DNA of 64,000 nucleotides from an uncultured Prevotellaceae bacterium (GTDB lineage: Bacteria > Bacteroidota > Bacteroidia > Bacteroidales > Bacteroidaceae): the NCBI GenBank assembly GCA_902770845.1, contig CACXUV010000003.1:1298-65297 (forward strand), given 5' to 3'. This document shows, one piece after another, positions 31,028 to 42,258 of the stretch (the first letter of the stretch is position 1; each line of letters begins with the position of its first letter). The position numbers were made by a program, and so were the translations under genes. The notes under the pieces are model-generated. The model searched no databases and was not told where the DNA came from. It saw only the letters and a list, made by a program, of their open reading frames with translations.

Positions 31028-32533
31028 CTAAATAACGTGCATTGTACCCATCAGATAAAGCAGTGCATAGCCCAGTACCATCGACGTAACACCCACAATG
31101 ATGCCAATCTTCGACATATCGTTCTGGTCAACAAGATTTGTAGAGTAAGCCAATGCATTAGGAGGCGTCGACACAGGCAGAATCATGGCGCTTGATGCTG
31201 CAATGGCCACACCAATGAGCACAGTGGGAGTGCCACCAATGGGAGCCAGCTTGTCGCCCATGGCCGTACATACAAGAGCCAGGATAGGCATAAGAAGGGC
31301 TGCAGTGGCCGAATTGGAGATGAAGTTGCTCAGCAGATAGCAAATGACACCCGAGATGAGCAGGATGACCAACGGAGAGAAGTCGCCGAAAGGCACACTC
31401 TCAATGGCAAGGGCAGCCAGGCCAGACTGGTTAAGACCATAGCCCAAGGCGAAACCACCAGCCACCATCCAAATGACACTCCAGTTTATTTCTTCCAAGT
31501 CATTCTTATTAATAATACCCGTGAGCGAGAACACCACAAATGGTATGAGGGCAACAGTGTAAGAGTTGATGCCTGTCCACTTCTCGCAAATCCAGAGTGC
31601 CACCGTCACAAAGAACGTTACAATGACAATATAGGTCTGAGTATTCTTCTTCATTCCACCTTCAATTTTCAGTTCTACCGTCTTCTGAGTGAAAGGGAAC
31701 ATTTTTCTCAGCAGCATCCAGCTAATGAACAACAGTACAGCCACCAGAGGCACCATGAACATCATCCACTCGCCAAAGCCCAGATTCAAGTTCAAACCCT
31801 CGGGGTCATTCAGATACTTAATGGCAATGGCATTGGGAGGAGTGCCTATAGGCGTGCCCATACCACCAAGGTTGGCAGCCACAGGAATGGAGAGCGCCAA
31901 GGCAATACGACCTTTGCCTTCAGGTGGCAACTGCTTGAAAACAGGCGTAAGAAACGTAAGCATCATGGCAGCAGTGGCCGTGTTCGACACAAACATGGAG
32001 AAGAGTCCCGTGATGAGCAGGAATCCCAGCAGCACATTGTCACTCTTCGTTCCAAAAGGCTTCAGCAACACCTTGGCCAGCTGAGCATCGAGTCCAGTCT
32101 TCGTGACAGCAATAGCCAGCACAAAGCCACCAATGAACAGCATAATCACTGGATCGGCAAAGCAAGCCATAATGCCTTTATAGGGCAACAGCTCGCCCAC
32201 TTGCTCAGGATTGCACATAAAGGAAATGCCACTCGTCGAAGTGAAAAGCAACATCAGCCCCATGATGGACACCGACGTGGCCCAAGAAGAAATGATGTGC
32301 AACACCCACATCAAAGTGGCAAACACAAAGATGGCTATGATGCGCTGTTGTACAACAGTCAGACCATCGATACCAAAAGCGGTAGTGGGCAGATTCCACA
32401 CAAGCAAAGTTGCCAGCACCACCAATAGTGCCTCAACTCCCCTCACAAAGATTTTGTCTGGGTGGAATCTCTTGTCATGGCGCACTCTATGATAAGCCTC
32501 CACCAAGTGATATCCACTGTAAAGTTTAAACAT
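31028..32533 (-). CDS. SLC13/DASS family anion transporter
   Basis: SNTATAAMM, GTPIGTPPN, SNSATA, PVSTPPNA. Confidence 0.92.
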   Translation of the reverse strand: MFKLYSGYHLVEAYHRVRHDKRFHPDKIFVRGVEALLVVLATLLVWNLPTTAFGIDGLTVVQQRIIAIFVFATLMWVLHIISSWATSVSIMGLMLLFTSTSGISFMCNPEQVGELLPYKGIMACFADPVIMLFIGGFVLAIAVTKTGLDAQLAKVLLKPFGTKSDNVLLGFLLITGLFSMFVSNTATAAMMLTFLTPVFKQLPPEGKGRIALALSIPVAANLGGMGTPIGTPPNAIAIKYLNDPEGLNLNLGFGEWMMFMVPLVAVLLFISWMLLRKMFPFTQKTVELKIEGGMKKNTQTYIVIVTFFVTVALWICEKWTGINSYTVALIPFVVFSLTGIINKNDLEEINWSVIWMVAGGFALGYGLNQSGLAALAIESVPFGDFSPLVILLISGVICYLLSNFISNSATAALLMPILALVCTAMGDKLAPIGGTPTVLIGVAIAASSAMILPVSTPPNALAYSTNLVDQNDMSKIGIIVGVTSMVLGYALLYLMGTMHVI

Positions 32534-32678
32534 AATGAATAGAAATTAATTGTATAAAATATACTTTATTTATTTTTAGCGTGCAAAAATACGAAAATTT
32601 GCTGACATACGAAAACGATTTTTCGTTCTTTTTTGACTGAAATACCAATAAAATCTTTGTACATCTGAAGAAAATTCT

Positions 32679-32686
32679 TAATTTTG
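32679..32686 (+). promoter_or_regulatory. Bacteroidetes -7 promoter element for metY
   Basis: TAATTTTG about 120 bp upstream of the start codon. Confidence 0.6.
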
Positions 32687-32807
32687 CAGCGCACTTAGGG
32701 AACGCGAGCCTCCACAGGTATGGGGAAGCACGTCCATGCTCCCATGAAAAGAGCCTGTAAACATTGTTTACATTCACCGAACAGACGAAACAAAAAAAAA
32801 GACAATC

Positions 32808-34091
32808 ATGAAGAAGAATCTGAAAAGGTCGACACTCTGCGTTCAGGCAGGATGGCAACCAAAAAACGGAGAGGCAAGGGTGCTGCCCATCTTCCAAAGC
32901 ACCACCTTCAAATATGACAACACAGAAGAAATGGCCGACCTCTTCGATCTGAAGAAGGAAGGTTATTTCTACACCCGCCTACAAAATCCCACCAATGATG
33001 CTGTGGCCCAGAAGATTGCTGCCCTGGAAGGTGGCGTGGGGGCCGTGCTCACCTCGTCGGGGCAGGCAGCCAACTTCTATGCGCTGTTCAACATCTGTCA
33101 GGCTGGCGATCACTTTGTTACGTCGAATGAAATCTATGGCGGCACCTACAACCTGTTTGGTGTCACGCTGAAGAAGTTGGGCATTGAGTGCACTTTTGTG
33201 AGCCAGGAGGCCACGGAAGAGGAAATTGACCGTGCCTTCCGTCCCAACACCAAGGCACTCTTCGGCGAGACCATCTCGAACCCTGGCTGTCATGTGCTCG
33301 ACATAGAGAAGTTTGCACGCATTGCCCATAAGCATGGCGTGCCCTTGATTGTAGACAACACCTTCCCCACCCCCATCAACTGTCGTCCCTTTGAGTGGGG
33401 TGCAGACATTGTGACCCACTCTACCACAAAGTATATGGACGGCCACGCCACACAGGTTGGCGGTTGTGTCGTGGACAGTGGCAACTTCGACTGGGATGCC
33501 CATGCTGAGAAGTTCCCTGGACTGTGCACGCCCGATGAGTCTTACCACGGACTAACTTACACCAAAGCCTTCGGAAAAATGGCCTACACCACCAAGCTTG
33601 TGGCCCAGCTGATGCGCGACCTGGGCAGCATTCCCTCACCCCACAACTCATTTCTGCTCAATCTGGGACTGGAAACGCTGCACCTGCGCATGCCGCGCCA
33701 TTGCGAAAATGCACTACGCATTGCCCAGTTTCTTGAGAAGAACGAGCATGTGGCATGGGTGCACTACAGCGGTCTGCCTGGCGACGATGATTATGCCCTG
33801 GCTCAAAAATACCTGCCCAATGGCTCGTGTGGCGTCATTGCCTTTGGCCTGAAGGGCGACAGACAGACAGCTGTCAAGTTCATGGACTCACTGCAGCTCA
33901 TTGCCATTGTGACCCACGTGGCCGATGCCCGCACCTGCGTGTTGCATCCAGCCAGCCACACACACCGCCAGTTGTCCGACGAACAGTTGCGCGAGGCTGG
34001 GGTGGCTCCCGATCTCATTCGCCTGTCGGTGGGCATTGAAGATGTGGAAGACTTGCTCGACGACATTCAGCAAGCCCTTGAGCAGATTTAG
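32808..34091 (+). CDS. metY: O-acetylhomoserine aminocarboxypropyltransferase
   Basis: YTRLQNPT, SSGQAA, VDNTF, HSTTKYMDGH (PLP lysine), HPASHTHRQL, IRLSVGIE. Confidence 0.9.
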   Translation: MKKNLKRSTLCVQAGWQPKNGEARVLPIFQSTTFKYDNTEEMADLFDLKKEGYFYTRLQNPTNDAVAQKIAALEGGVGAVLTSSGQAANFYALFNICQAGDHFVTSNEIYGGTYNLFGVTLKKLGIECTFVSQEATEEEIDRAFRPNTKALFGETISNPGCHVLDIEKFARIAHKHGVPLIVDNTFPTPINCRPFEWGADIVTHSTTKYMDGHATQVGGCVVDSGNFDWDAHAEKFPGLCTPDESYHGLTYTKAFGKMAYTTKLVAQLMRDLGSIPSPHNSFLLNLGLETLHLRMPRHCENALRIAQFLEKNEHVAWVHYSGLPGDDDYALAQKYLPNGSCGVIAFGLKGDRQTAVKFMDSLQLIAIVTHVADARTCVLHPASHTHRQLSDEQLREAGVAPDLIRLSVGIEDVEDLLDDIQQALEQI

Positions 34092-35632
34092 TGTGAAAGC
34101 ACCTGGTCGATGCCTTGTTCGCGGTGGTGGACATGCACCTCGATGCCAAACTTCCGATGAATGTGCTCAGCAAGATGCTGGGCCGAATAGACAGAGCGAT
34201 GCTGTCCACCCGTGCAGCCAAAAGAAAACATCAGACTGGTGAAGCCTCGCTGCAAATAACGCGCCACATGGGCATCGGCCAGCTGATAGACACTTTGCAG
34301 GAAGGTGAGAATCTCGCCATCATCCTCCAAGAATCGAATCACGGGCTCGTCAAGTCCCGTCAATTTCTTGTAAGGCTCATATCGACCTGGATTGTGGGTG
34401 GAACGGCAGTCGAACACATAGCCACCTCCATTTCCGCTCTCATCCTCAGGAATGCCCTTTCTGTAAGAAAAACTATAGACACGAACCACCAACGGCCCCA
34501 TACCGTCATATTTCGAAAACGTTGCCGGGCCATCCTTGGGATGTGCAGGATAGGGATTGTTGTCGGTTGTCATGTAGCCGTCGGCACGGCTCCTTGCGGT
34601 CAACTCAATGCGCTTGAACTGCGGCAACTCGGTAATCTGCCGCAGGATGGACACCAAATAAGGATAGGGGAAGATTTCCTTTGCCAGCAGTTCGCGCAGA
34701 TTCTGAATGGCCGGTGGTATTGACTCAATGAAATGCTGCTTACGTTCAAAATAGCCCCTGAAGCCATAGGCTCCCAACACCTGCAAGGTGCGAAACAGTA
34801 CGAAGAGCTGTAACCTGCGCTCAAAGAGATCGCGTCCTGGCATCTCGACGAACTGCTTAGCCGCCTCATAATAGTCATCAATCAGGCTGCGTCGCAGCTT
34901 GTCAGGGTAGCGAGCCGAGGCTTGCCACAGAAAAGAGGCAATGTCGTAATAGAAGGGTCCGCGCCGTCCGCCCTGAAAGTCGATGAAGAAAGGTTGCTGT
35001 TCGCCATCTTCTGAAGCCACAAGCATCACGTTGCGCGCCTGGAAATCGCGATAGAGAAACGCCTCTGACTGCTCAGCCGTGAGGTCCTTGGCCAACAAAC
35101 GGAAATCGGCTTCGAGTTTCAGTTCATGGAAATCGAGCTCAGTAGCCTTCAGGAAGCAGTATTTAAAATAGTTCAGATCGAACAGCACCCCTTCTACATC
35201 GAAGGCTGGCTGAGGATAGCACTGCGAGAAATCGAGCTCTCGAGCACCGCGAAACTGCACATTGGGCAACTCGCGAATGGTGCGGCGCAGCAACTGTTGC
35301 TCCTGAAGGGTATATCGACCGCCAGCCTCCCTGCCTCCCCGAATGGCATCGAAGAGCGACACGGCCCCCAGGTCGGTCTGCAAGTATCGCAGTTCGTCGC
35401 TGCTCACAGCCAGCACGGCCGGCACAGGCAGCTTGCGCTTGTTGAAATGGCGGGCCAAATAAACAAAGGCATGATTCTCGTCGCGACTCGTGCCAATGAC
35501 GCCAATGACGCTCTTGCCCTGCTCATCGGTAAGTCTGAAATAGTTGCGATTGCTGCCAGCACCGGGCAGCTGCTCTGTGGTGGCAGGGTCTGCCCCACTC
35601 CACTTCCTGTATAGCTCCAACAACTGCTGCAT
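34088..35632 (-). CDS. APH/AmgK-like phosphotransferase fused to a RapZ C-terminal domain
   Basis: AGSNRNYFR, YRDFQARNVM, IDFQG kinase motifs; SFSYRKGIP, VFDCR..NPG, FGCTGGQHRSV. Confidence 0.85.
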   Translation of the reverse strand: MQQLLELYRKWSGADPATTEQLPGAGSNRNYFRLTDEQGKSVIGVIGTSRDENHAFVYLARHFNKRKLPVPAVLAVSSDELRYLQTDLGAVSLFDAIRGGREAGGRYTLQEQQLLRRTIRELPNVQFRGARELDFSQCYPQPAFDVEGVLFDLNYFKYCFLKATELDFHELKLEADFRLLAKDLTAEQSEAFLYRDFQARNVMLVASEDGEQQPFFIDFQGGRRGPFYYDIASFLWQASARYPDKLRRSLIDDYYEAAKQFVEMPGRDLFERRLQLFVLFRTLQVLGAYGFRGYFERKQHFIESIPPAIQNLRELLAKEIFPYPYLVSILRQITELPQFKRIELTARSRADGYMTTDNNPYPAHPKDGPATFSKYDGMGPLVVRVYSFSYRKGIPEDESGNGGGYVFDCRSTHNPGRYEPYKKLTGLDEPVIRFLEDDGEILTFLQSVYQLADAHVARYLQRGFTSLMFSFGCTGGQHRSVYSAQHLAEHIHRKFGIEVHVHHREQGIDQVLSH

Positions 35633-35650
35633 CGATTTCTTCTCCTCTCA

Positions 35651-36280
35651 TTAGTCTATATAATCCACCTTGATTACAATCACGCGTATGTTCTGGTCGT
35701 CGGTATCGTTGTTGATCTTGGCAATGTGCCAGTCGCACGGAAAGAAAATAAAAAACTCGTCGGGCGCAGAATCATAGAACCGAGCCAGCTTGGCATCATA
35801 ATTATAGTGAATCACGTCGGGCTTGTACTTGTCTTTAGGCTTGCTCGTCACATGGTCAATGATGCCAAAACGCTCCACGCCCTTGACTACATACTGAAAG
35901 TCAATGTGGTGATAGTGACTCTCGCTGTTGCGCTTTTCAAGTGGCCCGTTCTGCGAATCCTCCACACTGGCCACAAGCGATGTGCCCTCAATGGGATGCT
36001 TGCCGCCAGAAATGGCCAGCAGATCAGTCTGTGCCAGCCAGCGAAAGAGAGCCTTCCACTGCTCAGGATTCTTCTGATACTGCTCGCGAAACACCGTGGC
36101 GTTTACCGTGTGATGTGGACGTGCCTTGCTGAATCCATTCTGCCACTCACCCCGTTCCAACCACTTCCGCGAAGCCTTCACCAACTTGCGGTCACTGAAC
36201 TCACGCGTGTAATAGCCCGTCTGGGCAGCGGCTTGCAGGCACGCCCCTGCAAGAAGCAGAAATAGTAGTCGTTTTTTCAT
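35651..36280 (-). CDS. YhcH/YjgK/YiaL (DUF386) family protein with signal peptide
   Basis: ESHYHHIDFQYVVKGVE, FFIFFPCDWH. Confidence 0.82.
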   Translation of the reverse strand: MKKRLLFLLLAGACLQAAAQTGYYTREFSDRKLVKASRKWLERGEWQNGFSKARPHHTVNATVFREQYQKNPEQWKALFRWLAQTDLLAISGGKHPIEGTSLVASVEDSQNGPLEKRNSESHYHHIDFQYVVKGVERFGIIDHVTSKPKDKYKPDVIHYNYDAKLARFYDSAPDEFFIFFPCDWHIAKINNDTDDQNIRVIVIKVDYID

Positions 36281-36286
36281 CTTGTA

Positions 36287-37441
36287 TCATCTGTTTTTAT
36301 GTTTTACAAACCAGTTGTGCAGGCAGAAATTGTAGAGAGCCCATGCCACGATGACCAATAGCACAGACCAGTGCTTCAGCGCATCGTGACGCCCATCGAA
36401 CAGCCCATAGCCCAGTCCCAGTCCCAATGCCAGTCCGCTCTCCCATGCCAGCAGGAAGGTGCTTTGCGCCGTTCCACGCTGGCAGTGATGGCTCAACTTG
36501 ATGAAGAACAGCAGGAACCGTGCCCCCACAATGCCCAACCCCAGACCCAACAGGGGCGAAAGCAAAGGCGACTGCGGCGAAAAGATCATGATCAGCTGGG
36601 CGGATGCCATAAGTAGCAGCCCCGACACCACCTCGCTCTTCAGTTCGGCATCGCGAAACACAAAGCGTTGGGCAAGCAAGGCCAACAGGAAGCCAATCAT
36701 GAGCAGCGCATAGAAATGGGCATCGAGCGGCAGCGACAACAGCATGCCTGCTGCCACGGTGATCAGCAGAAGATTGACAAACAAAGGCCAGCCCTGCGGC
36801 AAGAAGAACCTGTCCAGACTCCACACATGCAACTGATCGGCAGGCACGCGAAAAGGAAAGTGCACCAACAAGATGAGCAACACCGCCACGGCCATGCAGC
36901 CCAGCGAGACAAAGGCTACCACACGATAGCCCCCCAAGCCATAGAGCAGCAATCCGGCCATGGGACCAATAGACAGGGCGAAGCGTCCAAACCAGGTCAC
37001 AGAGTGGTTGGCCTCAGTGCGCTGAAACGACTCGCAAGTGTCAATGATCAGGGTCGACGAAAAAACCTGACTGGCCAGCCCGAAGGCAGCACCCTGCAAC
37101 AGGCGCAACAGCACCACATACCCAAAGGGAACAGGATGCCAATAGACGGGCAGCACCACCGTGAGTGCCAAGAAAGCAATGGCCCACACACACACCATGT
37201 TGCGGCGATAGCGTTGCACCAGGAAAGAGCACAGGCCGCCCAGCAAGAACAGGCCAAGAGCAAAGGCGCCCATGGTTTCTCCCGTCTCTTCAGCCGAGAG
37301 TCCGTCTTCATAGAGCAACCATTGCGGCAAAGTGGGGATGAGCAACGTGACCGATGCCGAAAGCAGCAGATTTGCCACAACCATCATCCAGAACTCCCTA
37401 TGCCACAACCTGATATGTACAGGCGCATTTTGAGTATTCAT
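36287..37441 (-). CDS. MFS transporter
   Basis: About 12 TM segments, RLLQGAAFG, HCQRGTAQST. Confidence 0.8.
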   Translation of the reverse strand: MNTQNAPVHIRLWHREFWMMVVANLLLSASVTLLIPTLPQWLLYEDGLSAEETGETMGAFALGLFLLGGLCSFLVQRYRRNMVCVWAIAFLALTVVLPVYWHPVPFGYVVLLRLLQGAAFGLASQVFSSTLIIDTCESFQRTEANHSVTWFGRFALSIGPMAGLLLYGLGGYRVVAFVSLGCMAVAVLLILLVHFPFRVPADQLHVWSLDRFFLPQGWPLFVNLLLITVAAGMLLSLPLDAHFYALLMIGFLLALLAQRFVFRDAELKSEVVSGLLLMASAQLIMIFSPQSPLLSPLLGLGLGIVGARFLLFFIKLSHHCQRGTAQSTFLLAWESGLALGLGLGYGLFDGRHDALKHWSVLLVIVAWALYNFCLHNWFVKHKNR

Positions 37442-38263
37442 TCAGTAAGACTCCTGTTCATTGGGGAAATCACCACTCTTCACATCGGTCACATACTGGC
37501 CAATGGCATCAGTCATCACGGTGTTCAGGTCGGCATAGCGACGCAGGAAGCGGGGCGAGAAGCCCTGCGTCATGCCCAGCATGTCGGCCACCACCAGAAT
37601 CTGTCCGTCGCAGTGGTTGCCAGCACCAATGCCTATCGTGGGCACACCTATCTCACTGGTCACTTGCTCAGCCAGCATGGCTGGCACCTTCTCCAGCACC
37701 ACCGAGAAACAGCCTGCCTCGGCCAGGGCCTTGGCGTCGCTCAGCAGCTTGGCTGCCTCTTTCTCTTCCTTGGCCCTCACGGCATAGGTTCCAAACTTGT
37801 TGATGCTCTGTGGCGTCAGTCCCAAATGTCCCATCACCGGTATTCCAGCATCAAGTATGGCCTTCACTGTGTCTATAATTTCAACACCGCCCTCCAGCTT
37901 CAAGGCGTCGCAACCACTCTCCTTCATGATGCGAATGGCGTTCACCACGCCGTCGTGCACACCAGTCTGGTAAGAGCCAAAAGGCATGTCGCACACAACA
38001 AGGGCACGCTGCACAGCTTTCACCACCGACCGAGCATGATAGATCATCTGATCTACAGTCATGGGCAGCGTGGTGGAATTGCCCACCATCACGTTCGAAG
38101 CCGAGTCGCCAATCAAAATTCCGTCAATGCCGGCACGGTCAACAATTCCCGCCGTGGTATAATCATAGCTGGTGAGCATCGAAATGCGCTCGCCCTTCTG
38201 CTTCATCTCAATGAAGCGATGTGTGGTCACTTTGCGTGTGTCGCTTACTAAATAGCCTGCCAT
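37442..38263 (-). CDS. panB: 3-methyl-2-oxobutanoate hydroxymethyltransferase
   Basis: [45 protein letters not shown]. Confidence 0.97.
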   Translation of the reverse strand: MAGYLVSDTRKVTTHRFIEMKQKGERISMLTSYDYTTAGIVDRAGIDGILIGDSASNVMVGNSTTLPMTVDQMIYHARSVVKAVQRALVVCDMPFGSYQTGVHDGVVNAIRIMKESGCDALKLEGGVEIIDTVKAILDAGIPVMGHLGLTPQSINKFGTYAVRAKEEKEAAKLLSDAKALAEAGCFSVVLEKVPAMLAEQVTSEIGVPTIGIGAGNHCDGQILVVADMLGMTQGFSPRFLRRYADLNTVMTDAIGQYVTDVKSGDFPNEQESY

Positions 38264-38907
38264 AATTCTTTCAATATTTTATAGTTCATTTCCTTGTAAT
38301 CACTTATCTGGCAATCAGATAAGCCCTCTATACTCTCTCGACTGTTAGTCGTGGCCAGTCCCACGACAAACATGCCAGCCGCCCTTCCGGAGCGCAGTCC
38401 GTTGAAACTGTCTTCCAGCACCACACATTCGTTGGGCTCGGCACCAAAGCGTGCAGCAGCCTTCAGATAGCAGTCGGGCGAAGGCTTGCTCTGGGCAAAG
38501 TCTTCGCTCGTCAGCACGGCATCAAATAGTTTGCGGAACTCGGGGCGCTGCCTGTAGACACTCTCCATTTTGGGTTTGTTCGAGCTTGTCACCACAGCCG
38601 TTTTCACGCCGTGCTGGTGCAGACTGGCCACAAAGCACTCCAAGCCCTCCACATAGTCATAGCTCATGCTGGCCTCGAAATCGTTCAGCCTGCGCGTCAC
38701 CTCCTCACGGCGGCTCAGCAGTTCGCCGTCAAACCAGCGGTCGAAAATCTGCACGAGCGTCTGTCCCTTTATCTCCTGTTCCAGTCCTGGATGCTCAGGA
38801 TGAAACTCGCGGCACTGCTCACCCCAGAACACAGTATACTGTGGTTCGGTATTGAACACCACACCGTCCAGATCGAAGAGCGCTGCCTTCAGTTCTATTT
38901 CTTTCAT
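38248..38907 (-). CDS. HAD family phosphatase (beta-PGM-like)
   Basis: FDLDGV, VTSS, KPSPD, LEDSFNG. Confidence 0.9.
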   Translation of the reverse strand: MKEIELKAALFDLDGVVFNTEPQYTVFWGEQCREFHPEHPGLEQEIKGQTLVQIFDRWFDGELLSRREEVTRRLNDFEASMSYDYVEGLECFVASLHQHGVKTAVVTSSNKPKMESVYRQRPEFRKLFDAVLTSEDFAQSKPSPDCYLKAAARFGAEPNECVVLEDSFNGLRSGRAAGMFVVGLATTNSRESIEGLSDCQISDYKEMNYKILKELWQAI

Positions 38908-38916
38908 ATCGTTGTC

Positions 38917-40719
38917 TTAGTCAATCACTCTCACGCCACCTTTGTCTGCCGAGCTTACACTTTGGGCATAGGCACGCAGGGCCTTGCTCACCACGCGACA
39001 ACGCTTCAGCGGCTGTTGCTCCCGTGCAGCCAGTTCCTCGTCTGTCAGCTTCACACGGATGCTGCGCGAGGGAATATCAATCACAATGATGTCGCCATCC
39101 TTGATCTTGCCAATGTTGCCCCCCGCTGCCGCTTCGGGCGAGATATGACCAATGGAGAGCCCACTTGTGCCGCCCGAGAATCGGCCGTCGGTAATCAGGG
39201 CACACTCCTTGCCCAGGTGCATCGACTTAATATAAGAGGTGGGATAGAGCATTTCCTGCATGCCGGGCCCACCCTTCGGTCCCTCGTGGGTGATGACCAC
39301 ACAGTCGCCACTCTTCACGCGTCCTCCCAGAATGCCCTCGCAAGCATCCTCCTGCGAGTCGAACACCACGGCAGGGCCTTCGAAGTGCCACAGGGCCTCG
39401 TCTACGCCGGCCGTCTTCACCACACAACCGTCTTGAGCAATATTGCCAAAGAGCACCGCAAGACCGCCATCCTTGGTGTAGGCATGCTCAATGTCGCGAA
39501 TGCAACCCTGAGCGCGGTCGGTGTCAAACGACGGATAGAGCTCGCTCTGGCTGCCCATCTTCGTAGAGAAGCGGTTGCCAGGTGCACTCAAGTAAATGCT
39601 CGTCTCATCCGAAAATGATGAGTTAGGCTCGATACTGTATTTCTGCATGACCTCGCCCAGCGTCATGCCATCCACACGGATGGCCGATGCGTCAATGAGA
39701 CCGCCCTTGTTCAGCTCGTTCAGAATGCCCAGGATGCCACCGGCACGATTACACTCCTGCACGCTGTATTTCTGCGTGTTGGGGGCCAGTTTGCACAGAC
39801 AGGGCACCTTTCGTGAGAGGGCGTCGATGTCCTTCATGGTGAAGTCGGCACCCGCCTCCTGCGCCACAGCCAACAGATGCAGCACCGTGTTGGTCGAACC
39901 GCCCATGGCAATGTCGAGCGACATGGCGTTCAAGAAAGCCTTGCGCGTGGCAATGCTACGAGGCAGCACGCTTTCGTCGCCATCTTCATAATAGGCCAGG
40001 GCGTTCTTCACAATCTGTCGCGCAGCCTTGCGAAACAACTCCACCCTGTTGGTGTGGGTGGCCAAAATGGTTCCGTTGCCGGGAAGCGACAACCCGATGG
40101 CCTCGGTGAGCGAGTTCATCGAGTTGGCCGTGAACATGCCTGAGCAAGAGCCGCAGCCCGGACAGGCACACTGCTCTATCTGCTGCATCTCCTCGTCGCT
40201 CACGCTGGGGTCGGCTCCTTTCACCATGGCCGTAATCAAATCGGCATTCTCGCCACGCCATCGTCCTGCCTCCATAGGGCCACCGCTGCAGAACACAGCC
40301 GGAATATTCAACCTCATGGCAGCCATAAGCATGCCTGGCGTCACCTTGTCGCAGTTGCTGATGCAAATCATGGCATCAGCCTTGTGAGCATTCACCATGT
40401 ATTCCACCGAGTCAGCAATGATGTCGCGCGAAGGCAGCGAATAGAGCATACCATCGTGGCCCATGGCAATGCCGTCGTCGATGGCAATCGTATTAAATTC
40501 GGCAGCATAGCACCCCATCTTCTCGATCTCTTCGCGCACAATCTGCCCAATTTCGTGCAGATGGGTGTGGCCCGGCACAAACTGAGTGAACGAGTTCACC
40601 ACGGCAATGATGGGTTTGCCAAACTGCTCGTGCTTCATGCCTGTGGCCACCCACAGGGCGCGGGCTCCCGCCATTCGGCGGCCTTCGGTGCAGACGCTGC
40701 TGCGCAACTGATGTTTCAT
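38917..40719 (-). CDS. ilvD: Dihydroxy-acid dehydratase
   Basis: [44 protein letters not shown]. Confidence 0.97.
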   Translation of the reverse strand: MKHQLRSSVCTEGRRMAGARALWVATGMKHEQFGKPIIAVVNSFTQFVPGHTHLHEIGQIVREEIEKMGCYAAEFNTIAIDDGIAMGHDGMLYSLPSRDIIADSVEYMVNAHKADAMICISNCDKVTPGMLMAAMRLNIPAVFCSGGPMEAGRWRGENADLITAMVKGADPSVSDEEMQQIEQCACPGCGSCSGMFTANSMNSLTEAIGLSLPGNGTILATHTNRVELFRKAARQIVKNALAYYEDGDESVLPRSIATRKAFLNAMSLDIAMGGSTNTVLHLLAVAQEAGADFTMKDIDALSRKVPCLCKLAPNTQKYSVQECNRAGGILGILNELNKGGLIDASAIRVDGMTLGEVMQKYSIEPNSSFSDETSIYLSAPGNRFSTKMGSQSELYPSFDTDRAQGCIRDIEHAYTKDGGLAVLFGNIAQDGCVVKTAGVDEALWHFEGPAVVFDSQEDACEGILGGRVKSGDCVVITHEGPKGGPGMQEMLYPTSYIKSMHLGKECALITDGRFSGGTSGLSIGHISPEAAAGGNIGKIKDGDIIVIDIPSRSIRVKLTDEELAAREQQPLKRCRVVSKALRAYAQSVSSADKGGVRVID

Positions 40720-40999
40720 AAGTCGTAAGTTTTTGGTTCGCTTTCAGTTCAAAATTGTGTGCAAAGGTAATTGTTTTTCTGCAAACTGGCAACTTTTTAC
40801 CTCCCCGTTTTTGGCACACAGCCAATTATCCCGATATTTACGCATTTTCATTACCGCCAAACGAGAATTGCAAAACTGCTACATCACGAGAATTGATACG
40901 TATAACGACAAAAGTACAAAAAAAGGCGAGTCACCCCGCCCAACATGTATTCACAACGGAAAAAACTTATCAAAAATCGTTTCATAATGTTTATATTTA

Positions 41000-41734
41000 T
41001 CACGTCAGACAAACATCGTGCGGCAATCCCAGATAGTCGAAGAATCGATCGGGCCAATAGTTCATGACCAGCTCATCGGGAAAATCGGTCTGGGCCAGTA
41101 GCGGATAGAGACGTTCGTAGTTGGCTATCTGGAATGAGACGTGGGCATCGCTGCCAAGAATGGTGGGCACACCATGCTTCTTGCACAAACGAAGCAGCTC
41201 GAGATTATTGTCGCGTGCCACGGTCTTGTGGCGCTGCGGGGCCAGCGAATGGTTGTTCACTTCCAGCAGCGTGTGCGACTCCTTGGCTGCCAGCACCAAC
41301 GGTTCGAAGTCGAGCTGGCAGGAGCCATCGCCGGGATGGCTGATAATGTGGATTCTGGGGTTCTTGATAACGCGAATCATGCCCTCGGTGTTCTCTTCTT
41401 TCGTGCCGGCCTGATACCAGGCTGCATGAACGCCTGCAATTGCCAGATCGAGCCAGCCTATCTGCTCGTCGGTGAGGTCGAGCGTGCCTTGGGTGTCGAG
41501 GATGTTGATTTCGCATCCCATCAGCAGTCGGACGCCGTAAAGCTGTCGCGGCACCACAAACATGTTCTTGAAATAGAGTGTAGGGCACGTGCCTGGCACG
41601 CTTGGCCCGTGCTCGGTGATTCCCAGCACCTGCAGCCCCTTGTCGGCAGCTGCCTTTGCCATTTCCTGCAAGCTGCTGTAAGCATGGCCCGAAGCCACGG
41701 TGTGTGTATGGGCGTCGACTAAAACTTTCTTCAT
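41000..41734 (-). CDS. PHP-domain phosphatase (YcdX-like)
   Basis: DAHTHTVASGHAYS, ITEHGP, SHP, GSDAH. Confidence 0.9.
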   Translation of the reverse strand: MKKVLVDAHTHTVASGHAYSSLQEMAKAAADKGLQVLGITEHGPSVPGTCPTLYFKNMFVVPRQLYGVRLLMGCEINILDTQGTLDLTDEQIGWLDLAIAGVHAAWYQAGTKEENTEGMIRVIKNPRIHIISHPGDGSCQLDFEPLVLAAKESHTLLEVNNHSLAPQRHKTVARDNNLELLRLCKKHGVPTILGSDAHVSFQIANYERLYPLLAQTDFPDELVMNYWPDRFFDYLGLPHDVCLT

Positions 41735-41769
41735 GTGACTCAAAAAAATTTTTAAACCCCATAGGTATG

Positions 41770-41842
41770 AGGCACTGACAATCAGACAGTAAAAAAGGGA
41801 ACCGATTGGGTTCCCTTTTTACGATACTTGCTGAGAGTGAGG
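41770..41842. repeat. Direct repeat copy 1 (tRNA 3' end plus terminator, att-like)
   Basis: 73 bp matching 42670-42742 with 2 mismatches, offset exactly 900 bp. Confidence 0.92.
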
Positions 41843-41979
41843 CTCCTACCAGCGGAAGGTGAGGTTCCCGCCCTCTATTTCAAGTAATCGCGTTGGAAAC
41901 CAACACCTTACGTTATCTCAATAATTCAGAGTAATATGTACTCTCTAATACATATATAATACACTGTTGATACTATCGG

Positions 41980-42258
41980 CTATTTCCCGAATAGTTCGTG
42001 GTGGGTGCCGAGACGAACCAGTTTAATGATGTCTGAAGTCTCGTCAATCCAGATCAGCAGAAAGTTGTCTTCAACATGACACTCCATAAAGCCCTTATAG
42101 TTCCCCGACAGCATGTGAGGCTGGTATTCTTGCGGCACATGACCTGTCTCTTCCAAGATAACCAGAAGATCATATAGCTTTTTCATCTTCTCGATGTTGT
42201 GCCTATAGCGCTTTTGGTCCTTCTTGAATTTAGTTGAGGGAATTATCTTCTTTTTCAT
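41980..42258 (-). CDS. Type II TA toxin, YafQ/RelE family mRNA interferase
   Basis: STKFKKD, HMLSGNYKGFMECHV, LLIW, RLGTHHELF. Confidence 0.92.
   Translation of the reverse strand: MKKKIIPSTKFKKDQKRYRHNIEKMKKLYDLLVILEETGHVPQEYQPHMLSGNYKGFMECHVEDNFLLIWIDETSDIIKLVRLGTHHELFGK

Noticed and set aside
31013-31041. Possible further 3'-end duplicate after the DASS transporter
   Set aside because: Similarity (tgcacgttatttag vs tgccacagaattttg) is too weak to separate from chance.
40720-40999. Attenuator or leader peptide for ilvD
   Set aside because: The TACCTTTG promoter lies only about 45 bp upstream of the start, leaving no room, and no Ile/Leu/Val-rich leader is evident.
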